Below are positions 34,212-43,651 of a stretch of 60,814 nt of DNA, one piece after another. Each line of letters begins with the position of its first letter. The first letter of the stretch is position 1. The position numbers and the translations under genes were made by a program. The notes below the pieces were generated by a model. The model worked only from the letters and a program-made list of their open reading frames with translations. It had not been told where the DNA came from and ran no database searches. The stretch comes from a virus. Lineage: Duplodnaviria > Caudoviricetes. The stretch is taken from positions 1-60,814 of IMG/VR virus record IMGVR_UViG_3300051213_000340; one strand, given 5' to 3'.

Positions 34212-36845
34212 ATGGCTACATACGCACTCGACTTCGAGACCTATTATGATAAGAGGTGCTCGATCAAAACATTAGGCCCGATGGGCTATTTCTCACATCC
34301 CGACTTTGATGCCTACATGGTGTCGATTGTCGGTGATAACGGAGTCAAATTTGTTGGACCCCCAAAAGATTTTGACTGGAGTTTGCTACAGGATTCGGTT
34401 GTGCTTTCACACAACGCTTCATTCGACGAGTCCCTTTATCTGTACGGAGTCACTCAAGGATGGTGGCCAAATATACAGGCGCGTGAATGGCATTGCACTG
34501 CTGACATGGCAGTCTATTGTGGTTTGCCACGTTCTTTGAAAGGAGCTACTGCCGAAGCTTACAATCTCAAAGTAGACAAGACTACTAGAGACAACATGAG
34601 TGGCAAACGTTGGGAGAACATGAAGCCAGAGTTCAGGAAGGAAGTCAGCGACTATGCCCTTCAAGATTCTGAGCTTTGCTTGAAACTGTGGAAGGACTAC
34701 TCTGACAAGTGGCCAGAACACGAACGCAAGATAAGTCTCGTAAACCGCCGCTGTGGTCAACGCGGCATACCACTTAATACGGAGCTGCTGCGAACACAAC
34801 TTGAGACGATCAAGAAAGAATTATTTGAAGCTGAGAGTGCGATACCGTGGATTGGGGAACGCCCATTACTTAGCCGTGCGGCATTTGATGATCAATGCCG
34901 TTCAGTTGGAATCGAGCCGCCAGCCAGTTTGGCAGAGGGAGATCCCGACGCAGAAGAATGGTTGCGGGTACATGGACAGAAGTTCGTGTGGGTAAATGGA
35001 GTAAAGAACTGGAGGCGGATCAACTCGCTTAAGTGCAAACTCGAATCCTTTGATTACGCGACGATGCCGGATGGCCGTTTCTATGGAAACATCATGTACT
35101 TCGGAGCACATACTGGAAGGTTCAGTGGATCTGGTGGAAACCTCAATCTTCAAAACTTGCCGAAGGATGAGATGTTCGGCGTCAAGATGCGGCATCTCAT
35201 CGCGCCAAAAGAAGACAAGAGACTACTCGTAGTAGACCTTTCTCAGATCGAAGTCCGTACTCTCTGTTGGCTCGCCGGAGATCATGAGACTATGGAGGAG
35301 ATCAAAGAATCGGAAGATATCTATGAAGCGTTCGCCATTCGTTTCGGCTTGTGGTCTCGCGAAAAGGGTTCACTCCGTAACGATCCCCAAACTCGCCACA
35401 AAGTGAAGGCGATGGTTTTAGGCTGCTTTGGTCCAGAAACAAAAGTGTTGACAGATCGTGGCTGGATCGATATCGTCAGAGTCAGAGATACGGATAAAGT
35501 ATGGGACGGAACACAATGGGTACACCACGAAGGACTCCTCCACCAAGGAGTACAAGAGACAATATCACGATTCGGAGTGGAAGCGACTTCGGACCACGAA
35601 ATCCTGACGGAACATGGATGGCGGGAGTGGGGCGAAGTCCAACGATCCGAAAAGGATTTGAAGTCGGCACTAGTCATGGCGAGCTTACCATCTTGTCATA
35701 TGAGCGAACAACGCGAAACAATGGCCGGACTGGATGGAATCCGTTGGTCAAATGTTCGTGTGGCTGGAGCGGAACTGTTGACCGCAATAACCTGCAAAGT
35801 GGGAAAACTACTCGATGCAATTGTTGCGCTAAGAAAGCCTCTGCCCGCACAACAATGCGTAGATTCGGGTATGCTGAAATTGTACCGGACTCAGCACATC
35901 GGGAAAGATTGCTCAATAGAATTAGTGCCATCTACAATAGATGCCACAACCCGAATGACTCCGGTTATCACCACTATGGCGGTCGCGGGATTTGGGTATA
36001 TGAGCCTTGGCTCCGTAATAGGCCGGAGTTTCTTGCGTACCTCATCACCCTTGATGGATGGGATCAACCACATCTCCAACTCGATAGGATTGACAATAAC
36101 AAAGGTTATGAACCGAATAATTTACGGTTTGTTACCCCGATGCAGAACGTTCACAATAGGCGGTCTGTTAAGAGCTTGCAAAAAAGAATCCAAGAGCTTG
36201 AGGCGGAAATCAGAAGTCTACGATCTGAAAAACTGCGGACCAAATAATCGGTTTACAATTAACACAGACTTAGGACCGATTATTGTCCACAACTGTGGAT
36301 ATGGTGCGGGTGCTCCAAAATTCGCCATGATGTCTGGAATGACGGAAGACGAAGCTAAAGAGGCTGTGAACCTTTATCGCACCAAAATGAAGAAGGTGAA
36401 GAAGCTGTGGTCAAATTATAACACAGACATCATCACTTCTTACGATACGCAGAACCGATTCACTGTGGATCTTCCGAGTGGTCGGACTCTTGACTATGGA
36501 AGACTTAGCCCCAAAAAGCAAAACGACAAAATCCATTACGTGGCAATGATGCCCAAAAATGGAAAGCGTGTACCTGTTAAGCTTTGGGGTGGTCTAGTGG
36601 CCGAAAACGCGAGTCAGGCTTTAGCCCGTGACATCTTTAGTCATATGTTGTGTAAGATCGATTCCATTGGACATAGTGCCAAATTGATCATGCACGTACA
36701 TGACGAAGTTGTTGTAGAGGCTGACGCCGATAAAGCTGAATACGTCTTATCCCAAATCATCGATATCATGTCCACTCCACCGGATTGGATTCCAGACATA
36801 CCACTTTCCGCCGAAGGAAAAATTCTAACCAAATACGAAAAATGA
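34212..36845 (+). CDS. polA: Family A DNA polymerase with 3'-5' exonuclease domain, interrupted by an intein
   Basis: Exo ALDFET, HNASFD, YALQD; HTGRFSG, NLQNLP; motif A DLSQIEVR; motif B KAMVLG/CGYG; motif C HVHDE. Confidence 0.95.
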   Translation: MATYALDFETYYDKRCSIKTLGPMGYFSHPDFDAYMVSIVGDNGVKFVGPPKDFDWSLLQDSVVLSHNASFDESLYLYGVTQGWWPNIQAREWHCTADMAVYCGLPRSLKGATAEAYNLKVDKTTRDNMSGKRWENMKPEFRKEVSDYALQDSELCLKLWKDYSDKWPEHERKISLVNRRCGQRGIPLNTELLRTQLETIKKELFEAESAIPWIGERPLLSRAAFDDQCRSVGIEPPASLAEGDPDAEEWLRVHGQKFVWVNGVKNWRRINSLKCKLESFDYATMPDGRFYGNIMYFGAHTGRFSGSGGNLNLQNLPKDEMFGVKMRHLIAPKEDKRLLVVDLSQIEVRTLCWLAGDHETMEEIKESEDIYEAFAIRFGLWSREKGSLRNDPQTRHKVKAMVLGCFGPETKVLTDRGWIDIVRVRDTDKVWDGTQWVHHEGLLHQGVQETISRFGVEATSDHEILTEHGWREWGEVQRSEKDLKSALVMASLPSCHMSEQRETMAGLDGIRWSNVRVAGAELLTAITCKVGKLLDAIVALRKPLPAQQCVDSGMLKLYRTQHIGKDCSIELVPSTIDATTRMTPVITTMAVAGFGYMSLGSVIGRSFLRTSSPLMDGINHISNSIGLTITKVMNRIIYGLLPRCRTFTIGGLLRACKKESKSLRRKSEVYDLKNCGPNNRFTINTDLGPIIVHNCGYGAGAPKFAMMSGMTEDEAKEAVNLYRTKMKKVKKLWSNYNTDIITSYDTQNRFTVDLPSGRTLDYGRLSPKKQNDKIHYVAMMPKNGKRVPVKLWGGLVAENASQALARDIFSHMLCKIDSIGHSAKLIMHVHDEVVVEADADKAEYVLSQIIDIMSTPPDWIPDIPLSAEGKILTKYEK
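35424..36293 (+). mobile_element. Intein (290 aa, residues 405-694) in PolA motif B
   Basis: Block A CFGPETKVLTDRGW, block B ATSDHEILT..GW, block F VYDL, block G IIVHN followed by Cys+1; removal restores KAMVLGCGYG. Confidence 0.95.
35618..36247 (+). CDS. HNH-type homing endonuclease nested in the intein in an alternate reading frame (frame open from 35501)
   Basis: G.LT...CSCG...NLQSGKTTRC.C, RC.NP....Y..YGGRGI.V...W, LDRIDNNKGYEPNNLRF.T...N..N. Confidence 0.88.
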   Translation: MAGVGRSPTIRKGFEVGTSHGELTILSYERTTRNNGRTGWNPLVKCSCGWSGTVDRNNLQSGKTTRCNCCAKKASARTTMRRFGYAEIVPDSAHRERLLNRISAIYNRCHNPNDSGYHHYGGRGIWVYEPWLRNRPEFLAYLITLDGWDQPHLQLDRIDNNKGYEPNNLRFVTPMQNVHNRRSVKSLQKRIQELEAEIRSLRSEKLRTK

Positions 36846-39016
36846 GCTACCGATACCTAAAGAACCTAAGAGAAACAAAAGCCGTTAAAGCACAAAGCCT
36901 TAACAACCTACAGAAACCAAAACCAAAATTCGCCTCTAAGGCAGACTTCCGTGCGTGGTGTTCCAACGCTGCAACAGACCATGTGTTCTACAATATGGTC
37001 GAAGGAAGTACGCCATCGAAGCGGATCAGCAACGACAACCCACCGAATAAAATCTATGGCGTAGTTGCCGACTATGACGCTCCAGTTAATTGGGGCAGCA
37101 TTGACAGCGACATAACTGCGAAGTGTGGGGTTAATATGCCGACGTGGAGAACTAAGACACAATCTGGCTATCTCCGTTTGGTTTGGGAATTTGATAATCC
37201 GATCCCGATTGCTCCAGAGATGTTTGACGCATTCATGAAGCAAATGAATTCGTCACTCAAACTAGATCGTCTGTTTGCTGGCTTTGACAGTACCTCATTG
37301 AGGGCCAGCCAGTACTTTGAATTAGGCGAAGACTGGCACAGCTTAGGGGGTAAAGTCTCTGACGCTACAGTACAGACGGCTCTGATGAAAGCCGCTAACG
37401 ATCATCCGCCGCAGTCTTCGGAGACTTCGATCCCGATCTCTGTGATCGCAGCCGAAGTTGAATCCCGATTCCCGAATCGTTGGATCGGAGAATTTGAAGT
37501 CGGATGCCGTGGTCCACTGTTCTGGATTGATGACGGTATCAACCGTGACGGTTGCCAAGTGTCGGAAGACGGCATCATCTGTTACTCTGACCGTGCTGGA
37601 AAAGGCTTCGTGTCGTGGAAGGAAATCTTCGGAGCGAAGTTCGTTAAGGATTACGAAGAGAAGAAGATGGGCAATCTACTGGACGAGTACTGGTACAATG
37701 GCAGATCGTTCTTCAAAGTCCTGTTCACTTCCGCTGTTACCATTCCACGCGAGCAACTGATTCTGGAGCTGAGGCAGTACGGATTCTCGCTCAAGCCAAA
37801 GAAGGGCCAGCCACTATCTGAGCTGGAGTCAGCTATCCTCACTATCTCTAACCAGAACCGCATCGACGAGATCGCGCCAGTCGTGTTCTCAAAGGATCGT
37901 GTGGTCGCCTACAACGGCCATCGGATTCTCAACTGCGCCAATATCACGCCAGTCGAGCCAGACTCAGATGGCGATCCAGCTAAGTGGCCGTTCATCCATG
38001 AGTGGCTCAATCAGCTGTTCGTCAATACTTCTGGCAATAGACCGACTGTGGAGTATCTGTATTCGTGGCTCAAGCGTTTCTACAGCGCAGTGCTAGACCG
38101 TGAGTTCGTTCAAGGACAGGCTCTGCTGCTTGTCGGACCGACGAACAAAGGAAAATCACTACTATCGAACAGAGTCATTTCCGGTCTGGTCGGCGGCTAC
38201 GCCGATGCCAGCGATTACATTTCCGGACAGACTAAGTTCAACAAAGACTTAGGACGTGTTGCCGCATGGGTCATTGACGACACCACATCGGCTGCGTCCT
38301 TTCAGGATCAGCGCAAAGCCACAGAGATTATCAAACGATCTGTCGCCAACCCGCGAGTTGAGTATCAAGCGAAGTACGCAGACGCCATGTCGATTCCGTG
38401 GACGGGACGAGTGATCATGTCTCTGAACATGGATGCCAACAGTCTGTCCGTGATTCCGGCTCTGGATTCAAGCAACAGAGATAAGCTGATGGCACTCCGT
38501 ATTAGTGACAAAGCCACCAGCAACTTTCCAAGGAATTCGGTACTGGAAGCGACTATCGAACAGGAACTGCCACACTTCGCGAAATTCCTAATCGACTGGA
38601 AGATCCCGAAAGAGATCGAAGACTTCGGACGCTTTGGCATCGTCAGCTATATCGACGAGACAATTGCCTCCGCTGCCTATGACAACTCCAGCCGTTCGTC
38701 AGTGGCAGAGTTGGTGGAGTTCTTCTCTAAGCGTTGCCGCGCACTTAATCCAGATATGGATATCTGGCAGGGAACGCTTACGGAATTCCAAGTCGCGCTA
38801 CACGATTTCAACAATGGTCGTGGCGTCGGCATGTCCAACAATCTGGAGTTCGTCCGCCGTGGCATGTCCACGATGGAAGAGGCAAGCCGGAACAACAAGC
38901 ACTTGCGTCCGGTCAAATCTCATGGCCAAGGCGGTGGTAAGATTTGGGAGATCAATCTGAACCCCAAATACGATATCACTGTTGGTCCTTCAGATAATCC
39001 AGCAGAAGCGGCATAG
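36842..39016 (+). CDS. Primase-helicase (PrimPol-like N-terminus + SF3/DUF5906-like helicase)
   Basis: ADYD and T.SGYLRLVW N-terminal motifs; Walker A GPTNKGKS, Walker B VIDD, SLN; ATGA overlap with polA. Confidence 0.8.
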   Translation: MSYRYLKNLRETKAVKAQSLNNLQKPKPKFASKADFRAWCSNAATDHVFYNMVEGSTPSKRISNDNPPNKIYGVVADYDAPVNWGSIDSDITAKCGVNMPTWRTKTQSGYLRLVWEFDNPIPIAPEMFDAFMKQMNSSLKLDRLFAGFDSTSLRASQYFELGEDWHSLGGKVSDATVQTALMKAANDHPPQSSETSIPISVIAAEVESRFPNRWIGEFEVGCRGPLFWIDDGINRDGCQVSEDGIICYSDRAGKGFVSWKEIFGAKFVKDYEEKKMGNLLDEYWYNGRSFFKVLFTSAVTIPREQLILELRQYGFSLKPKKGQPLSELESAILTISNQNRIDEIAPVVFSKDRVVAYNGHRILNCANITPVEPDSDGDPAKWPFIHEWLNQLFVNTSGNRPTVEYLYSWLKRFYSAVLDREFVQGQALLLVGPTNKGKSLLSNRVISGLVGGYADASDYISGQTKFNKDLGRVAAWVIDDTTSAASFQDQRKATEIIKRSVANPRVEYQAKYADAMSIPWTGRVIMSLNMDANSLSVIPALDSSNRDKLMALRISDKATSNFPRNSVLEATIEQELPHFAKFLIDWKIPKEIEDFGRFGIVSYIDETIASAAYDNSSRSSVAELVEFFSKRCRALNPDMDIWQGTLTEFQVALHDFNNGRGVGMSNNLEFVRRGMSTMEEASRNNKHLRPVKSHGQGGGKIWEINLNPKYDITVGPSDNPAEAA

Positions 39017-39545
39017 CAGTGAGCTTCTTAATTTCAATGTGATAACCATCGGTCTTGTACTTGAAATTAGAATCCGCTTCTACTTCGTCCTTCTTCTTGA
39101 ACATGGAACGACGCCTGAATGATCCAGTTTTAATCCACCCCAAAAGCCACAACTTGTTTAACGAGTTGTGGCAGCGGAGGAAAACATAGAGATCATTCTG
39201 AAACATATGGGTCTTCTTCAATTCCACAGAAGCCAGATAATCTGGTTTCGGAATTGAAGAAGCCTGTTTTGTTTTAACCTCAATCGAGATATTTGAATGC
39301 GACATCAAGTCGTAGCTTTTGGTAGCTGGAACTGTGTTGTCGATAAAGGCACTAAGATATTTCTCAGTGGCGATTTCGCCTAAGAATCCGCTCATTCTAC
39401 CAGCACCTCTAGTGTATGAGTTTGCCAAAACACCCATCTGTTCTGACATATCGGCGGCTCGTTTGAAGTCCTCACCAGAAGGGCGGAACTCAATAAACTT
39501 CCCGTTTGCAACGGGTTTGAATTGGTCAAGCATTAGATTTTGCAA
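38976..39545 (-). CDS. PD-(D/E)XK-fold nuclease-like protein
   Basis: G.LGE, YDL......IEVKTK, YVF, LLGW. Confidence 0.65.
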   Translation of the reverse strand: MQNLMLDQFKPVANGKFIEFRPSGEDFKRAADMSEQMGVLANSYTRGAGRMSGFLGEIATEKYLSAFIDNTVPATKSYDLMSHSNISIEVKTKQASSIPKPDYLASVELKKTHMFQNDLYVFLRCHNSLNKLWLLGWIKTGSFRRRSMFKKKDEVEADSNFKYKTDGYHIEIKKLTAMPLLLDYLKDQQ

Positions 39546-39831
39546 TACGTTTCAAGAAGGTGTCCCATGCCGGAAAGAAAATCTCCTCCATACACCGAAC
39601 TATTGGCTCTTGCTCATAGCGATCAGCAAACCCGACACCAGAAAGAAGCAACGCTGCCTCCATCAATTCGTGTCGGATAGTAATCAATTTAATAGAATCT
39701 GGAATAGCACGGCTAATCTCAATCGTTTTGAGGTCGTGCTTATACTGGCCATAGGTATCATCAAGATCGCAGAAAAGTAGGCGTACACGCCTACCTGCAA
39801 CCATAATTGTCTTTGGCCATTTGTTTTTCAT
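39526..39831 (-). CDS. Small zincin-like phage protein
   Basis: YGQY.....IEI...TIRHELMEA...E (HExxE variant). Confidence 0.6.
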   Translation of the reverse strand: MKNKWPKTIMVAGRRVRLLFCDLDDTYGQYKHDLKTIEISRAIPDSIKLITIRHELMEAALLLSGVGFADRYEQEPIVRCMEEIFFPAWDTFLKRIAKSNA

Positions 39832-39853
39832 CTGTTTAAAATTTATTTAGTTT

Positions 39854-40723
39854 TTAAGATAAGCGCCGATCAACGGCTTCCATAAAGGATTCATTTTTAA
39901 CCAGTGAAGGAATTATTGTAGCCGCATCTTTAAAAAATTGTCCGTCTTTATCTCCTTCGTATTCTCCTTTTTTGGAGCGGCGTAGGGCTTCGAGCATATT
40001 TTTTGAATCTATCGAGAACCCCTCAAATCTAGACTCTTCTGGTTTTTTATCCTCAGCTTCAATATATTTACCTAAAGACTCCCCGTCAAAACGTTTACCT
40101 GTCAACTTAAAATTCTCGCGGGTAACGCGCCCCAACACATCAATTGCCTCAACTGGTTTTGTAAGGTGGTCAATTGCAGAGTCTTTAGATCCAGCTTCTG
40201 TTGATCCTTTACTATAATTGGGCTCAGTACTTCCCGTCGGGTAAGCTACATGTCCCAATTCGTGTTGAATAATATCATCTTGGCTAATCCCATATTTAGA
40301 TTTTAATTGAGATTCGGGCAATACTTCAATTTTTTCAACCTTATTAATACCCCTAACATCCGGTCTAGAGCTATATGCTAGACCTCCTGTACCTAAAGGT
40401 AAGTCTGGATTTTCTTCAATAGGGACTGGCGCGTCTAAACTATTATCTAGATCTCTAGCCGCAAAAGATCGCTTATCAAAGCGCTTAGGTATCCCATCAC
40501 GAATGGCTGGTTCCCATGACCGTGCCGGAAAATTTTCATCTGTATATTCCTTCGCAGCGGCTAATTCTTTATCGTAATTTCTACCATATGCTCTAATTAA
40601 GTAATCAGAAAGTTTAGCAATTCTTTTGCTTTCTTTTGTAGTATTAGATTCTTCACCAGAATCTTTACCATATTTTTTGATTACGTAATCAGCAATCTCA
40701 GAAGTATTGTCTTTTGGTGGCAT
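39854..40723 (-). CDS. Hypothetical protein with zincin motif
   Basis: IIQHELGH with downstream HL..P.E; AT-rich. Confidence 0.65.
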   Translation of the reverse strand: MPPKDNTSEIADYVIKKYGKDSGEESNTTKESKRIAKLSDYLIRAYGRNYDKELAAAKEYTDENFPARSWEPAIRDGIPKRFDKRSFAARDLDNSLDAPVPIEENPDLPLGTGGLAYSSRPDVRGINKVEKIEVLPESQLKSKYGISQDDIIQHELGHVAYPTGSTEPNYSKGSTEAGSKDSAIDHLTKPVEAIDVLGRVTRENFKLTGKRFDGESLGKYIEAEDKKPEESRFEGFSIDSKNMLEALRRSKKGEYEGDKDGQFFKDAATIIPSLVKNESFMEAVDRRLS

Positions 40724-40769
40724 ATGTTTAAAATAAGTTAGATAGGTCAACTCATGCTTGACCTATTGC

Positions 40770-40901
40770 TCACTTTTTAACCTTAACAGCTCCGCTGTGA
40801 AGCTCCTTCTTCAGCTTGCCTTGTTCCTTTTCGGAGAGCGGGCTAACTTTGGAGAGCAAGTAAGCGACTTGTTTCTGTGATTTGGATTTGGCTGGTGTCA
40901 T
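40770..40901 (-). CDS. Small basic protein (43 aa)
   Basis: Hand-translated MTPAKSKSQKQVAYLLSKVSPLSEKEQGKLKKELHSGAVKVKK. Confidence 0.6.
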   Translation of the reverse strand: MTPAKSKSQKQVAYLLSKVSPLSEKEQGKLKKELHSGAVKVKK

Positions 40902-40904
40902 AGT

Positions 40905-41675
40905 TTAATATGTTCGAGTTGATGGGACAGATCTAGCTTTTGATGCCTTATCAAGTTCTTTAGCGTATTCGGGATTTTCTTCTTGGAGTTTTTTCCAATC
41001 TTCTTTTATTCTAGCATTTTCTTCTGGAGATTTTTTATTGGCATAATCCCATCCACCGTCGAACATTCGGTAAACTGATTTTCCTTCTTTTGCCGCTTCT
41101 TCTCCAGATGCAAGTAACCCAAGAAGACCAGCTGCTTTACCTGCTTTTGGGGAATTTAATTCGTTTGTAACCACTCTAGAAAGTGATGTTCTCACTGGTT
41201 CGTATTTTCCTTCCCCAACGTGCTTCCACAGTTTCACCTCAGAGGCTGGTAAACTCGTATGTGGTTGTTGCGTTTTTGGGTCAACTGGAGGGAAGTGTGT
41301 AGAACCCTTCCCATGTCTTCCAGTTGCAGACACAGATAGCGGAGATTTCGTTTCAATAATGTAATGGTTTGGGTCGGCTTTTGCATAAGACACACTAGCC
41401 TCACCCTTTGCAAATGAGGGCCATTTAGTTGGCCTATTACCTAAACTAATCTTCCCATCTTTTGATTTTAGCTCATAATCTACTCCCGCTGTTTTCGCTG
41501 AACGAACTACTCCAGATTGCTGAATATCTTTAGCCGCAGCTTCACCACGAATTACACGATAAAACTTATTTTTATCTTGAAAATAATCAATCGATTTTGG
41601 AGATTCTCGATTTGCCACCGCCTTAGAAAGTAGTGTAGCTATTTTTTTCTCCTGTTCTAATTCTTCCGGAGTCAT
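40905..41675 (-). CDS. Hypothetical protein (256 aa), possible ADP-ribosyltransferase-like fold
   Basis: ORF clear; FYR...I..SG.V, PSF, IIE pattern only suggestive. Confidence 0.6.
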   Translation of the reverse strand: MTPEELEQEKKIATLLSKAVANRESPKSIDYFQDKNKFYRVIRGEAAAKDIQQSGVVRSAKTAGVDYELKSKDGKISLGNRPTKWPSFAKGEASVSYAKADPNHYIIETKSPLSVSATGRHGKGSTHFPPVDPKTQQPHTSLPASEVKLWKHVGEGKYEPVRTSLSRVVTNELNSPKAGKAAGLLGLLASGEEAAKEGKSVYRMFDGGWDYANKKSPEENARIKEDWKKLQEENPEYAKELDKASKARSVPSTRTY

Positions 41676-42241
41676 GGTTTCTCTGCGGATAGCCAGCTAA
41701 TGATTGCGTCTGCGTAGGCTCTGGCCAGCTCTTCGCGGCGGACGGAATAGAAATCAGTCTCTTCGACATTGCTGCCGAAGTAGGGCTCCAGAATAGCCGC
41801 TGGACAGTGGGTACGCTGTAGGAACGCAGAACCTCTGTCGCCGCTGGCGATGGCTTTCAGACCTCTGGATTTCCGCTGTAGGAAAAACTTCTTGAACGAG
41901 AAATGAAAACAGGATGCCAGTCTGGCGGAGCGTCCGGAACGATGCCAATGGAGAAACTCGTATCCGTTGGCCGTCGGTCCGGCAGAGTTGAAGTGCAGCT
42001 CGACGGCTACGTCAGCGGCGTACTCCCTAATCTGTGCGGCGATCCAGCTCATTGCGCTGCTGTAGCCAGAGCCGCCGTATTCGGACCAGACTTTCACGTC
42101 GTGCTTCGCGTCACGCAAAAGCTCCGCTGTGCGTTCCGCAAGCGGTTTGTTGAAAGCCCATTCAGAGACGCCGTCGGTATTCACCGCACCTTTGTCGCCT
42201 GAACGGCTATGTCCAACGCAAATAGCGATCTTTTTGGACAT
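41672..42241 (-). CDS. N-acetylmuramoyl-L-alanine amidase (Amidase_3) endolysin
   Basis: IAICVGH, SE...N, VELHFNS, PAAILEPYF Zn-binding and catalytic residues. Confidence 0.92.
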   Translation of the reverse strand: MSKKIAICVGHSRSGDKGAVNTDGVSEWAFNKPLAERTAELLRDAKHDVKVWSEYGGSGYSSAMSWIAAQIREYAADVAVELHFNSAGPTANGYEFLHWHRSGRSARLASCFHFSFKKFFLQRKSRGLKAIASGDRGSAFLQRTHCPAAILEPYFGSNVEETDFYSVRREELARAYADAIISWLSAEKP

Positions 42242-42265
42242 GCGGTGAATACCTTTCCGTAAGGA

Positions 42266-42418
42266 TTACTTGGCGTCTTTGGCCTTGATCAAGCCAACGC
42301 CAGCGGTTACGGCAGCAAATGCGCCGACGAAATCGGGCGCTCCGCCTTTGAGGATTTGGATGCCAACGTTAGAAAGTGTGGCAATAATGGTTAATACTCC
42401 GAGTACGGTAGTTTTCAT
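42266..42418 (-). CDS. Holin-like small membrane protein (50 aa)
   Basis: Hand-translated MKTTVLGVLTIIATL...FAAVTAGVGLIKAKDAK; two hydrophobic segments; upstream of endolysin. Confidence 0.7.
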   Translation of the reverse strand: MKTTVLGVLTIIATLSNVGIQILKGGAPDFVGAFAAVTAGVGLIKAKDAK

Positions 42419-42431
42419 AGGCGTGTTGTGG

Positions 42432-42665
42432 TTATGGTTTTTTCTTGTTGCGCCACCTCATTATGAGCTGGTTCACCATGTTATACAGCGAAACGATGCT
42501 GATTGCAAGGAAAATAACACTACTCCCAAATCGCACCCACCAGTCCAATTGTTCCTGAAATGAGGTGATGATGGCTAGAGAAGAGGCGGCTGCGCCAGTA
42601 GCCCCATTTAGATAAGACCACATAGGACTGTTTGAGATATCGGTGGCTAAGTGGTCTTGCAACAT
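42432..42665 (-). CDS. Holin-like membrane protein (77 aa)
   Basis: Hydrophobic segments and basic C-terminus, in lysis cluster. Confidence 0.65.
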   Translation of the reverse strand: MLQDHLATDISNSPMWSYLNGATGAAASSLAIITSFQEQLDWWVRFGSSVIFLAISIVSLYNMVNQLIMRWRNKKKP

Positions 42666-42670
42666 ATTGG

Positions 42671-43609
42671 TTAGTACATGTTTTGTGGGGTCCCGTTTCC
42701 GGAATAGGGGTCGATGGTAAAGACTTGTCTGGCGGCTCCACGGCTGGCATCTTTCTCCTCTTCCAGTAGCTGGCGGCAGACTTGCCAGTGGTAGCCGGAG
42801 CGTTCGATGTCGGCGTTGTCCTCAGCGGTGGTGGCTAGAATCGCGCACTTGATGGCATTCACGTTGCCCAAATAGACGATGTCGGTCTCCTCCATCAACG
42901 GAACGAATGCCCGTTTCAGGAGCAGGAAAACTTTTTGGGTTGCGCCGTTGGACGGAGTGCTTGTGCGGTAGCGGCGGTAGCGGGCGACGAAATCGCCGCG
43001 ACCTTCTGCCAGTGTGTAGACTTTGGTCGAGTCGGCTGTATTAAACGCTTCGAGCCTTACCTTAACCGGAACGCCTTGGAATCGAATATCCGTGATCTTA
43101 CGGATATCAGTATGGGGCAGGAGCATCGCAGCAGAGTCGTCGATTTCAGCAAGATAGTTGCCTTTTGCGCCACTTTCCCGCTCATATTCTACATAAACGG
43201 AGCCGTCGTTTGGCAAAGTCGTGTTGGGCGAAAGGGGCTCCAGACGGACAGAATGGTTAGCGTCATTCGGGATTACTTCCACCGCTGGCCCATAGCCGTC
43301 GTCCACGATGCCGAAGATCGGATAGGCGCTGTAGCTGTTGGGAATCCCCCCGACTTTGTAGTCGTGCCATTGGGCCCACAGATTCTTCGGAGTGCCGTCC
43401 ACTGTGGCGCACATGATGGATTCGGCCTCAGCTGGCAAAGAGAAGTAGCCATTTGTGGTCGTGATCTCCAGCTCGTAGCAGAGATCCTTCCAGTAGCCCA
43501 TAGCGTAAAGCCGTGGCAGGACGAGATTCAGGACTGGCAAGAACCGCTGGTCAGGCGAACAGTAGCTCGACAGCTGATCAGAGAGGGACTTTACGGTCAT
43601 GGCTGGCAT
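42671..43609 (-). CDS. Probable head-tail adaptor / tail tubular protein (312 aa)
   Basis: Size, composition and position in morphogenesis block. Confidence 0.5.
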   Translation of the reverse strand: MPAMTVKSLSDQLSSYCSPDQRFLPVLNLVLPRLYAMGYWKDLCYELEITTTNGYFSLPAEAESIMCATVDGTPKNLWAQWHDYKVGGIPNSYSAYPIFGIVDDGYGPAVEVIPNDANHSVRLEPLSPNTTLPNDGSVYVEYERESGAKGNYLAEIDDSAAMLLPHTDIRKITDIRFQGVPVKVRLEAFNTADSTKVYTLAEGRGDFVARYRRYRTSTPSNGATQKVFLLLKRAFVPLMEETDIVYLGNVNAIKCAILATTAEDNADIERSGYHWQVCRQLLEEEKDASRGAARQVFTIDPYSGNGTPQNMY

Positions 43610-43615
43610 AGCGGC

Positions 43616-43644
43616 AGTGTACAGGAAAAAGGGTCATTGGTCAA
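43616..43644 (-). promoter_or_regulatory. Leaderless-type promoter
   Basis: TTGACC-17-TACACT-6 nt-ATG. Confidence 0.75.
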
Positions 43645-43651
43645 GTATGGT

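Noticed and set aside
34212-36845. Group I intron as the explanation for the nested HNH
   Set aside because: The polymerase frame stays open, and the insert is bounded by intein blocks A, B, F and G with an exact Cys/Asn-Cys junction
40742-40766. Inverted repeat ATAGGTCAA/TTGACCTAT as a promoter
   Set aside because: TTGACC is present but there is no -10 at 16-18 bp; only a 9-bp hairpin of unknown role
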